A stretch of DNA of 60,144 bases, the filler included. It is 7 parts of 7 records of this genome, joined end to end, with 100 filler letters (N's around TTAATTAATTAA, not from the genome) between each part and the next. Parts side by side here need not be neighbours in the genome. Positions count along the whole stretch, not along the records: positions 47,203 to 54,908 come from SRR31147125_690; positions 55,009 to 60,144 come from SRR31147125_707; 5 more parts are not named here. One strand, written 5' to 3'. Position 1 is the first letter of the stretch. Each line of letters starts with the position of its first letter. The notes below the pieces were generated by a model, which searched no databases, was not told the origin of the DNA, and saw only the letters and a program-made list of their open reading frames with translations. The translations under genes and the position numbers were made by a program. This document shows, piece by piece, positions 52,031 through 60,144 of this stretch.

Positions 52031-52626
52031 ATGCTAAATACTATATTAGAAAACTATTTAAAGTTGTTTTTTATATTAACTCCGTTTTTTATATTATCAA
52101 CTTTTTTATCAATGACAAGTACCTGGAATGTAAAGGATAGAAAAAACCTAGCAATTAGAGTGGTAGTGGCGGTTATGTGCATTACAACCATTCTTATGTT
52201 CGCAGGAAATACTCTTTTTAAGCTTTTTGGAATCACTATAGATTCATTCAGAGTGGGAACAGGTGCACTCTTATTTCTTTCAGCTGTTGGTTTAATTAAA
52301 GGTGGAGAGGTAAACACTCCGTGCCCCAAAACCGACGATATTGCAGTTGTCCCGCTAGCTATGCCAATTGCCGTAGGCCCTGCTTCAGTTGGAACTTTAC
52401 TTGTTATGGGAATTGAGCTAAAATCTATCGAGGAAAAAGTGAATGGTGTTCTTTCACTTTTTTTAGCAGTAATTACTCTTGGATTTCTATTATATACTGC
52501 AGGATATATTGAAAAACTTCTAAAAAAAGAGGTCTAACAATTCTCAGTAAATTAACTGGTTTAATTCTGGCAGCAATGTCAGCACAAATGATTATGAGTG
52601 GAATAAAAGGGTTCTTTAATTTGTAA
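52031..52626 (+). CDS. marC: MarC-family membrane protein; frameshift at 52522-52528
   Basis: FGIT..SFR, AVVPLAMP..VGP. The shifted frame supplies SKLTGLILAA..AQMI, ending at 52626. Confidence 0.88.
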
Positions 52627-52635
52627 ATTCAAACT

Positions 52636-52672
52636 AAAAAAACTAATGAACTTTAGAGTCATTAGTTTTTTT
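52636..52672. terminator. Bidirectional terminator
   Basis: AAAAAAACTAATGA / TCATTAGTTTTTTT between convergent marC and EAL genes. Confidence 0.75.
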
Positions 52673-52683
52673 ATTAGAATATT

Positions 52684-53931
52684 TTATTTCTCTTTTATAT
52701 CTATTGCTAAAATTATGTTTTCGTTAATATAAGCTGACAAGGTCCTACAATAATTTCCTGTGGCAAGTGAAATATAGTTATCACTTATAAAAATATCTGT
52801 CTGATTTGTGTGCAATTTTCTAAAATACTGTTTTAAAGAATGGTCTTCACCTATCTCCGCTGGTGAAAATAGAGAACTTTTATGAATCACTCCTCGTTCA
52901 GATTTAAATAAAGTTTTACTTATCTGAATTCCTTCTTTATCCATAAAATAGATACACTCTATGAAATCATGTTTTTTCATCTCATCCAATAATATATTCT
53001 CTACTTTAGCATATGCCTCTTGTTTAGAATCAAACACTTTTAAGTTTATATTGTCTTTGTTTAATTTTCCTGCTAAACTTTTAAGAATCTCAATATATAA
53101 CTTATTTCTTTTTCTCTCTTCAATATTTTTGTCATATAGATGTTGTTTGAAAATATTATGTAGCTTATCAATAGTTGAATCTGCCACGCTACAAAATTTT
53201 GGCGAAGGTTTTTTTATATAATAACCTTGAAGCATGTCTGTCCTTAGCTCTATTGAATATAGAGCTTCTTCTAATGTTTCAACACCTTCAGCAATTACTA
53301 ATATTCCTGTTTTAATTGCCATATTCGTAATCGATTTAAATACTTCTTGTTTATAATAATCATTTTGAATATTTGATATTAAAAATCTATCAATCTTTAT
53401 AATGTCTGGTTTAATAAGTGGTATTCTATTCAAGTTTGAGTGTCCACTCCCAACATCGTCAAGTGCAGTTAAAAATCCCATGATTTTACATAACTCTGTA
53501 AAGAATAGCAAGTCATCCATCTCATAAACATTTGACTCAACTATTTCAATTACAACGTTACTTCTCTTTATCCCTAAAAAATCAAGTTTTGCTGATAAAT
53601 TTCCTAAACTTTCTTCTAATTTTTGTTTTCCAGCTTCAGTTTCATTTAAATCCGAAACATCATAATTTAAAAATAAGTGTTTATCATCTAACATTAATTC
53701 TTTACTTTTTTCAATAGCAATATTCCTACAAACACTATCTAATTCAAATATCATATTTTGTTTTTTTGCATTTGAGAACAGTTCCTCTGCCCCAATAATA
53801 TCACCATTCTCGTTTATTCCTCTAGAAAGTAGCTCATAACCTATTGTTTTTTTGCTTTTAAATGAGACTATTGGTTGAAATAAGACTTTCAAGCTTCTAC
53901 TCTCTATTATTTTCTCAATATTTAATTCCAT
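52684..53931 (-). CDS. EAL-domain c-di-GMP phosphodiesterase with C-terminal PAS/Cache-like domain
   Basis: FQPI, ELLSR, EIVE, ALDDVGSGHS, IKID, AEGVE, QGY. C-terminal YISLATG..CRT motif. Confidence 0.88.
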   Translation of the reverse strand: MELNIEKIIESRSLKVLFQPIVSFKSKKTIGYELLSRGINENGDIIGAEELFSNAKKQNMIFELDSVCRNIAIEKSKELMLDDKHLFLNYDVSDLNETEAGKQKLEESLGNLSAKLDFLGIKRSNVVIEIVESNVYEMDDLLFFTELCKIMGFLTALDDVGSGHSNLNRIPLIKPDIIKIDRFLISNIQNDYYKQEVFKSITNMAIKTGILVIAEGVETLEEALYSIELRTDMLQGYYIKKPSPKFCSVADSTIDKLHNIFKQHLYDKNIEERKRNKLYIEILKSLAGKLNKDNINLKVFDSKQEAYAKVENILLDEMKKHDFIECIYFMDKEGIQISKTLFKSERGVIHKSSLFSPAEIGEDHSLKQYFRKLHTNQTDIFISDNYISLATGNYCRTLSAYINENIILAIDIKEK

Positions 53932-54149
53932 CTTACTTCTCCTCAATTCCTGTATTTAGTCTAAGAAAACACCTAAATTTCATTATTAAAAATAATTCTC
54001 TCATTTATTTTTATTCTAATTTAACCTAATAAGTCTTTTTTTAATTTTACTATGTTTAACAGATATAATATTATATATCAAATATATCATCTATGTAAAA
54101 TTCATTCTATTTATGAAACCTATTGTTGTTTACAATATTATCAAAAATC

Positions 54150-54177
54150 AAAAAAGACCCCCTAAATATAGGAGGTC
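54150..54177 (-). terminator. Probable terminator after putP
   Basis: On the minus strand GACCTCCTA / TAGGGGGTC hairpin followed by a T-run. Confidence 0.65.
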
Positions 54178-54184
54178 AAATATA

Positions 54185-54908
54185 TTATGCTTGATTTAAT
54201 TTTAACTCTTTTTTTACCTCTGCCTCTACCCCTTCAAACTCTTTAATGATTTCATCATTTTGCTGTGGTATTACTGCATTAATGATAGCTATCACTACGA
54301 AGTTTCCAAGGAAACCTGGTACTATTTCATACATCACTGAACCTAAACCAAGTTTTTTCCAAACAACTAATGTTATCGTCCCAACTAACATACCAGCAAG
54401 AGCTGATTGCCAAGTTGTTTTCTTTGAAAATAATGCCATTATTACTAACGGTCCAAATGCTGCTCCAAATCCTCCCCAAGCATAAGCTACCAAACCTAAT
54501 ACTGAGTTTTTTGGGCTAAGTGCTAAAACTAGTGCAATTACTGAAATTAATAATACGCATAATCTACCCATAAATATTAATTCTTTTTCGCTTGCATCTT
54601 TTTTTATTACTCTTTTATAAAAATCCTCTGTTAAAGTAGATGATGATACTAACAGTTGAGAATCTATTGTTGACATAATCGCTGAAAGTATTGCAGCTAA
54701 AAGTATTCCTCCCACCCAAGGGTTAAATAATTTTGATATCATGAATATAAATACTTTTTCTGCATCAGCATTTGGCATATCTGCAAACATTGGAATAGAG
54801 ATTAATCCAATTGCTATTGCTCCAAATAAAGAGATAAAAACCCAAACTGTTGCGATAGTTATAGATTTCGGAAGTTCCTTAATTGATTTAATACTCATAA
54901 ATCTAACT
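54185..54908 (-). CDS. putP: Sodium/proline symporter, C-terminal part
   Basis: LAAILSAIMSTIDSQLLV, LVAYAWGGFGAAFGP, YEIVPGF. Confidence 0.9.
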
Positions 54909-55008
54909 NNNNNNNNNNNNNNNNNNNNNNNNNNNNNNNNNNNNNNNNNNNNTTAATTAATTAANNNNNNNNNNNNNNNNNNNNNNNNNNNNNNNNNNNN
55001 NNNNNNNN
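54909..55008. other. Artificial contig spacer
   Basis: N44-TTAATTAATTAA-N44. Confidence 0.99.
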
Positions 55009-55905
55009 CCCTCTCCATGGAGTGACAAAATAGGCACGCGATTCTTTATTAGAATCGGTCGTACCATTCATTTGGGTATTGCCGGAAATACCGACACCAT
55101 ATTCTGGAACAAGTTGTCGATTCGTAACAAGACAAATTGCGGAAGATAGTGATGTAAGGTGACTATTGCGGATTTTATTTGATTGAGCCAGGACATCATT
55201 CACCCAGGCTCCGGCGTTATTAACGACCATTTTAGCCCGAATTTCCAGATCTTCACCGGTCAGCACGTCCTTTGCCTTCACACCCTGCACACGGTTGTTA
55301 TCTTGCAAAAATCCGGTTACTTTGACATAATTGGCTACCTCAGCCCCGGCTTTTGCTGCTGATTGAACAAACGCAAGTGCCAGACGCTCTGTATTGTAAG
55401 CCTGTGCGTCGTGCCAAAGTGCGGCTCCTGTGAGCCCCTTTTCATACAGACCAGGAATTAATTTTATAGCTTCGTTTTTCGAAAGAACGCGACATCTGGG
55501 AATAATTTTTTCCGGATCCTCCAGTTGATTGCGGTCAAAGCTTATAATGTCATTTAATCCCATGCCGACAAACATTGCTTCCCGTCCCTTCATGAAATGT
55601 CCATAAGTAGGCATTAAACATGATAAAGGATGAACTAAATGTGGAGCGATCCTCATCAAAACCATTCTTTCACGGATCGATTCCCTCATGCGACGAAAAT
55701 CAGCATTTTGTAAGTAACGCAAACCTCCATGTATCGTTTTCTGGCTATTCGCAGAGGTTCCGGAACAAAAATCATCTTTTTCAACTAACGCGACGGATAA
55801 TCCTCGCAAGGCAGCATCCCATGCGGCGCTCACTCCGTGGATGCCGCCACCAATTATGACAACATCAAATTCACGATTTGTAAGGTTTGCTAAATTCCTT
55901 TTCAT
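55009..55905 (-). CDS. FAD-dependent glycerol-3-phosphate dehydrogenase/oxidase family protein, 3'-truncated
   Basis: IIGGGIHG, RGL, DF.SGTS, IHGGLRYL, ER, APHLV.PL, NAGAW. Confidence 0.88.
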
Positions 55906-56136
55906 TTCTTTCCTCACCCCAGATTAATCGGTCTAATCTCTCCCAACACATTGACTCATTAATAATTGAAAATTTCACTATTGTATATATAAAATTCAAA
56001 TCCTCCTTGTTTATAATTGGTTGTCACCATTTTATAGGATGGAATATTATAAACATGTTCTTTTTCTCAATTATCTCATTCACAATTTACAAGGGTAAAT
56101 ATAAAATCAATGATTGGATTAACTTTATAAGAATAT

Positions 56137-57594
56137 TTAACTGGCCCCATATCCGACCAATACAACAAATAATGTTTTGAACTGAATCTTAAAATCTAAC
56201 CATAATGACCAGTTATCAATATACTCCAAATCCATCTTCATCCATTGATCAAAACTTATTTTATTGCGGCCACTCACCTGCCAGATGCAGGTAATACCTG
56301 GCTTAAGACTTAACCGCCGCCGCTGCCATAATTCGTAATCCTCTAACTCTGTTTCTAAAGGTGGTCGTGGCCCCACAATGCTCATATCCCCTTTTAACAC
56401 GTTAAAAAATTGTGGTAATTCATCAATACTTGTTTTTCTAATAAAATTACCAATTTTTGTTATTCGAGGATCATTCTTTATTTTAAATACAGGTCCGTCC
56501 ATTTCATTCTTTTGCAGCAAATCACTTTTCTGATCCTCAGCATCCACCACCATGGATCGAAATTTATAAAGAGTAAACTTGCGTCCATTTAATCCACAAC
56601 GAATTTGTTTAAAAAACACTGGACCCTTCGAAGTCAACCTTATTCCAAGTGCGACAAAAAACATCAGTGGTGAAAAGATCACTAATGCAATGCTTGCAGT
56701 CACCAGATCAACAACTCGCTTTATAAATAATTGCCACTCTTTGGCAAAAAATGTTTCAAATTCTAAAAGTGGAAAACCATTAAAATCCGTTTGCCGCGTT
56801 CTGGAAATATGGAGATTATATAGATCCAAAGATATCGAAGTAGGAACACCCACTTTTTCACAAGCAAGGATAGCATCCTCTATACGATGTAACCATAACC
56901 TGGGAACGACAAAAATCACTCTGTCAATAACTATTCTGTTTACGATAAATGGGATATCCTGAATTTTACCAATAACTCTGTATCCCTCTATTTCTTTTCC
57001 AAACAAACCATGTTCATCATCGATCAGGCCAACAATACGAAAGCCCCAATTTGAATGATGTTTTACAGTTCGAATAAAATCCTTGGCACGAGCACCAGAT
57101 CCAACTATTAACAAATTCTCCTGATTATGCCCATTTGCCTGAATAAAATCCAGTGTTTTTAAAACAATAAGCTTTTCAACGAGTATTAATCCCAACGCAC
57201 ATAGTGCAAAAACAGCAAAGAATAATCTGCTGGCCCATTCCTCTTTCATTAAAAACAATAAACTTCCTGAAGCCAATGTTCCCCAAACACCTGATACGAA
57301 TAGCAACCATACCAGTTTTTTAATTGAACGTGTCCGAAAATCTTTATAAATACTGTTTATCGAAAACATGCTCACCCAAATAACCGGAAAGCCTAAAAAC
57401 ATCATCCAATAGTTGGACGCAAAAAACCAAAAACCGGAATAAGTGGGACCCAAAGCATAGGCTTTTACACTTATCTGAGCAGCTATCCGAATAAATTCGT
57501 CTAAAAAGTAAGCAACAAAAAACGCCATTAACAATGTTAGAAAATCAATGATTTTCATTATATGGCTAATAAATCTTTCTCTTTCTGAAAACAT
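56137..57594 (-). CDS. Priming polyprenyl-phosphate glycosylphosphotransferase (WcaJ-like sugar transferase)
   Basis: N-terminal TMs and CoA-binding-like domain; KRVVD, KFRSM, DPRIT, DELPQF.NVLKGDMS.VGPRP, KPGIT. Confidence 0.93.
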   Translation of the reverse strand: MFSERERFISHIMKIIDFLTLLMAFFVAYFLDEFIRIAAQISVKAYALGPTYSGFWFFASNYWMMFLGFPVIWVSMFSINSIYKDFRTRSIKKLVWLLFVSGVWGTLASGSLLFLMKEEWASRLFFAVFALCALGLILVEKLIVLKTLDFIQANGHNQENLLIVGSGARAKDFIRTVKHHSNWGFRIVGLIDDEHGLFGKEIEGYRVIGKIQDIPFIVNRIVIDRVIFVVPRLWLHRIEDAILACEKVGVPTSISLDLYNLHISRTRQTDFNGFPLLEFETFFAKEWQLFIKRVVDLVTASIALVIFSPLMFFVALGIRLTSKGPVFFKQIRCGLNGRKFTLYKFRSMVVDAEDQKSDLLQKNEMDGPVFKIKNDPRITKIGNFIRKTSIDELPQFFNVLKGDMSIVGPRPPLETELEDYELWQRRRLSLKPGITCIWQVSGRNKISFDQWMKMDLEYIDNWSLWLDFKIQFKTLFVVLVGYGAS

Positions 57595-57798
57595 AATTCT
57601 TAACCGCTAAAAATCCATATCTCGCATGAGAATAATTTTATTGTTAGAAGATTTCTCACTCTATCCAATCTACTAATACCTTCCTCAAGGCCTATTTGCG
57701 TAACACCATATTTTAGTATTCCTTTATAGTTCTCATAAAAACTATATTTTTCTTTCTACCCTTATGTTTCAGTTGTTTTTCATAAAATTATAGCTATA

Positions 57799-60114
57799 TC
57801 AATAGTTACTATAACTATAATAATTCTGTTCAATATTTGATTCAGTACCATTTAATATGACTCCAATCAAATTAGCCGGAACCGTTTGAAAAACCTCCAT
57901 TCGTTCTTTCGCATAATCCCTGTTTGTGTCATTGGCTCGTATAACTACAGTTACAGCATCGACTTGTGTGCTTAAAACAACAGAATCTGTTGCGGCGTTC
58001 AGAGGTGGAGTATCTATAATTATAAAATCAAATTTTCTACGAGCTTCCTCAATAAATCGTTTTAATTGTAGGGATCCGAGAAGCTCTGCCGGATTCGGCA
58101 TACTTGGACCGCAGCTTATAATAGAAAGATTTGGAGCTGATTGTTGAACAACATCAAAAAGAAGCGCATCACCGCTCAAATAAGTTGAGAATCCGGGTTC
58201 TTTTTTTACACCAAACGAATTATGCAGGACTCCACGTCGCAAATCTGAATCAACGAGTAATGTATTTTTTCCTTGATGAGCAAAAATAAGAGCTAAATTA
58301 CTAGCTGTAAAAGACTTACCATCACCAGGCGCTATACTCGTAATTAACAATACATCAATTTTCCCGGTTTTCTTGGAAAACATTAAACTGGTTCTCAGCG
58401 CTCTATATGATTCATTTATTGGATTGGATGCATAGTCTTTGATGCTTAGCTGATTATCAATATGTCTGATTTTATCAAAATCATTATATTCAGGAATATA
58501 TTTAAAATCAATTTGAGGTATAGCTCCTAACACATTTACTTTTAAAAATTTTTCAACATCTTTGACTGTTCGGATGTTTTTATTAGTCAATTCCAATACA
58601 ACAGACAAAAGTAATCCTAGCATGAAACCCAACCCACCACCGATCAATAATTTTTCTTTTTTACCCATCCCGTTCGAAGAAAGCGGTCTGATAGCCTTAT
58701 CTAAAATAGTTATTTTATCTTCCTTGCTCAATTCAGATATTTGTATTTTATTCATTGCTGAATATAACATGGCGTGTTGATCGACATTTATCTTCTTTTT
58801 TCGCTCAAGCTCTATTAATTGAATTTCATCATTAGGTAATGACTTTAAATGAGCTTGAAGTGCATTCATCTTCGTTCTGGTCTCATTTTCTTCTACGATC
58901 AACTCATGATGAAACTTTCTGGTGAAATCAATTATGCTATTTTGAGTTGCTGTAATTTCTTTTGCAAGCTCTTTTACGTTGGGATAATCAACTGAATACT
59001 CCTTCACCATATCATCATACTCTTTTTCCCTGGATAAAAGAGTCTCTCGTAATATATTCAAAACAGGTTGATCCGACATTGCCGAAGCACTGGCAATTTG
59101 GCGTACAATTAACCGACGATTAAATTCATATGATGAATCTTTTTTTAAATTGTCAAATTGAGCCAAAAGCTGGTCAAGTTGTTCTATTTTTTTGGGTAAC
59201 TCTATTAATGCAATGTCGGAATTTTGTAAACCCTCGCTTAAAGATTTTTTTTCAGCATCTAAGGTCAAAGGATAGCGCTGGTTAAATTTGCGAATATCGC
59301 TATTAATATTTTTTACATTTTCTTCTGCTACTTTTAACTGTCTCTCTAGGGTATTTTTATATTTTGACACATCTCTTTTTGTCAGTTTTAGTGTTTCTTC
59401 CACATATACTTTTGCAATTTGATTCAATTGTTTAGGTAAAATATCAGGATCAGGACCCTGCATCTCGATGGTCATGAATGCACCTGTCCTGCTAAAATGC
59501 ACACTCAAATCACCCATAAGCTTTTTAACTGCTGCTGAAAATTGTTGAACCTTAAAATCGACCTCTTTGGTTTTCATAACAGCATCAGGATTGAAACGAA
59601 AAAATATACCATTAATAGAATATGTAGAATCTACGGCTAGCCGTATTTCTTCACTACCTATTAATACCGGATTTTGATTTTCTGATTTATATAAATGGTA
59701 ATATCCTTCTTCATCAAATTTGATTTTATAATTTCCAGGTACGGGCTCAGTTGAAGTAGAAATTTCTGCAAATAATTCTCCATCCTCTCTATTAAAATCA
59801 TCTCCTAATTCAATAGCTAATCCCATCTTGGCAGTGACTCGCTCAGCAAACGTTCTGCTTCGCATCTCTGTTTGACGTACCATATTTAAAATCTGATCTG
59901 ACTCTTTGGAAAACTCGTCGGTTTTCAACAAAACAGATACCGTATATGATGGGATTTGATCCTTGACCAGGATATATGATATTAGAAAACCCAAAAAAAC
60001 AAGAGATAAAATTATATATTTTTTACCCCATATAGCGCTTTTAATCCTGGATAAATCAAGAAATTCATCTTCGTCTTGCCCTGGTGTTTCTTGAATGATA
60101 TCGAAATCATCCAT
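57799..60114 (-). CDS. wzc: Polysaccharide co-polymerase / BY tyrosine kinase
   Basis: Two TMs flanking a coiled-coil periplasmic region; ESYRALRT, PGDGKS, DSDLRR, IDTPP; Tyr cluster NYYSYSNY. Confidence 0.93.
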   Translation of the reverse strand: MDDFDIIQETPGQDEDEFLDLSRIKSAIWGKKYIILSLVFLGFLISYILVKDQIPSYTVSVLLKTDEFSKESDQILNMVRQTEMRSRTFAERVTAKMGLAIELGDDFNREDGELFAEISTSTEPVPGNYKIKFDEEGYYHLYKSENQNPVLIGSEEIRLAVDSTYSINGIFFRFNPDAVMKTKEVDFKVQQFSAAVKKLMGDLSVHFSRTGAFMTIEMQGPDPDILPKQLNQIAKVYVEETLKLTKRDVSKYKNTLERQLKVAEENVKNINSDIRKFNQRYPLTLDAEKKSLSEGLQNSDIALIELPKKIEQLDQLLAQFDNLKKDSSYEFNRRLIVRQIASASAMSDQPVLNILRETLLSREKEYDDMVKEYSVDYPNVKELAKEITATQNSIIDFTRKFHHELIVEENETRTKMNALQAHLKSLPNDEIQLIELERKKKINVDQHAMLYSAMNKIQISELSKEDKITILDKAIRPLSSNGMGKKEKLLIGGGLGFMLGLLLSVVLELTNKNIRTVKDVEKFLKVNVLGAIPQIDFKYIPEYNDFDKIRHIDNQLSIKDYASNPINESYRALRTSLMFSKKTGKIDVLLITSIAPGDGKSFTASNLALIFAHQGKNTLLVDSDLRRGVLHNSFGVKKEPGFSTYLSGDALLFDVVQQSAPNLSIISCGPSMPNPAELLGSLQLKRFIEEARRKFDFIIIDTPPLNAATDSVVLSTQVDAVTVVIRANDTNRDYAKERMEVFQTVPANLIGVILNGTESNIEQNYYSYSNY

Positions 60115-60144
60115 CAGTATTATGTCCTCTCCCTATTAATTTTT

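Noticed and set aside
8558-55008. Six recurring TTAATTAATTAA elements flanked by Ns, as a repeat family or CRISPR-like array
   Set aside because: They are identical 100-nt artificial joins with stops in all frames, and the flanks differ in composition and gene content.
1-60144. rRNA, tRNA, riboswitches, IS elements, integrases, CRISPR arrays
   Set aside because: None recognised by eye in the intergenic regions or ORFs. A covariance-model scan would be needed to exclude small RNAs.

Overview
This window is not one locus. It is seven unrelated contigs joined by identical 100-nt artificial spacers (N44-TTAATTAATTAA-N44), so gene context holds only within a segment. Taxonomic labels are inferences from composition and gene content. 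Seg1 (1-8557, GC-richer, Deltaproteobacteria-like): a minus-strand signalling operon with a membrane sensor carrying a CheA-type kinase core, CheX, CheY, a hybrid kinase and a REC-GGDDF protein. Seg2 (8658-17123, Bacteroidota-like): metallophosphoesterase, GDPD, a ~1,400-aa STAND/NACHT NTPase hidden by two homopolymer frameshifts with an N-terminal HEPN-like RxxxxxH motif, and a divergent CorA-like 2-TM protein. This is the best candidate for an undescribed, probably anti-phage, system. Seg3 (17224-28785): patatin, Tat sulfatase, TolC-MFP-RND, ssb and a pyrimidine salvage cluster (cdd, udk, DUF2905, tdk, nupC). Seg4 (28886-36613, Bacteroidota): JmjC protein, NEW3/ABC operon and a T9SS type-B CTD-PorP-OmpA triad. 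Seg5 (36714-47102, very AT-rich, Acholeplasmatales-like): reductases, an AraC regulator with visible 21-bp-spaced operator repeats, and an 11-residue-repeat cationic amphipathic protein. Seg6 (47203-54908): MoxR-DUF58-VWA (Bat) operon, MarC, EAL protein, PutP. Seg7 (55009-60144): Wzc, priming glycosyltransferase and a GlpD-like oxidoreductase. About 11 single-base frameshifts, almost all in homopolymers, split genes and are most likely sequencing errors. I recognised no rRNA, tRNA, CRISPR array or transposase. All calls come from manual motif reading; no searches were run.
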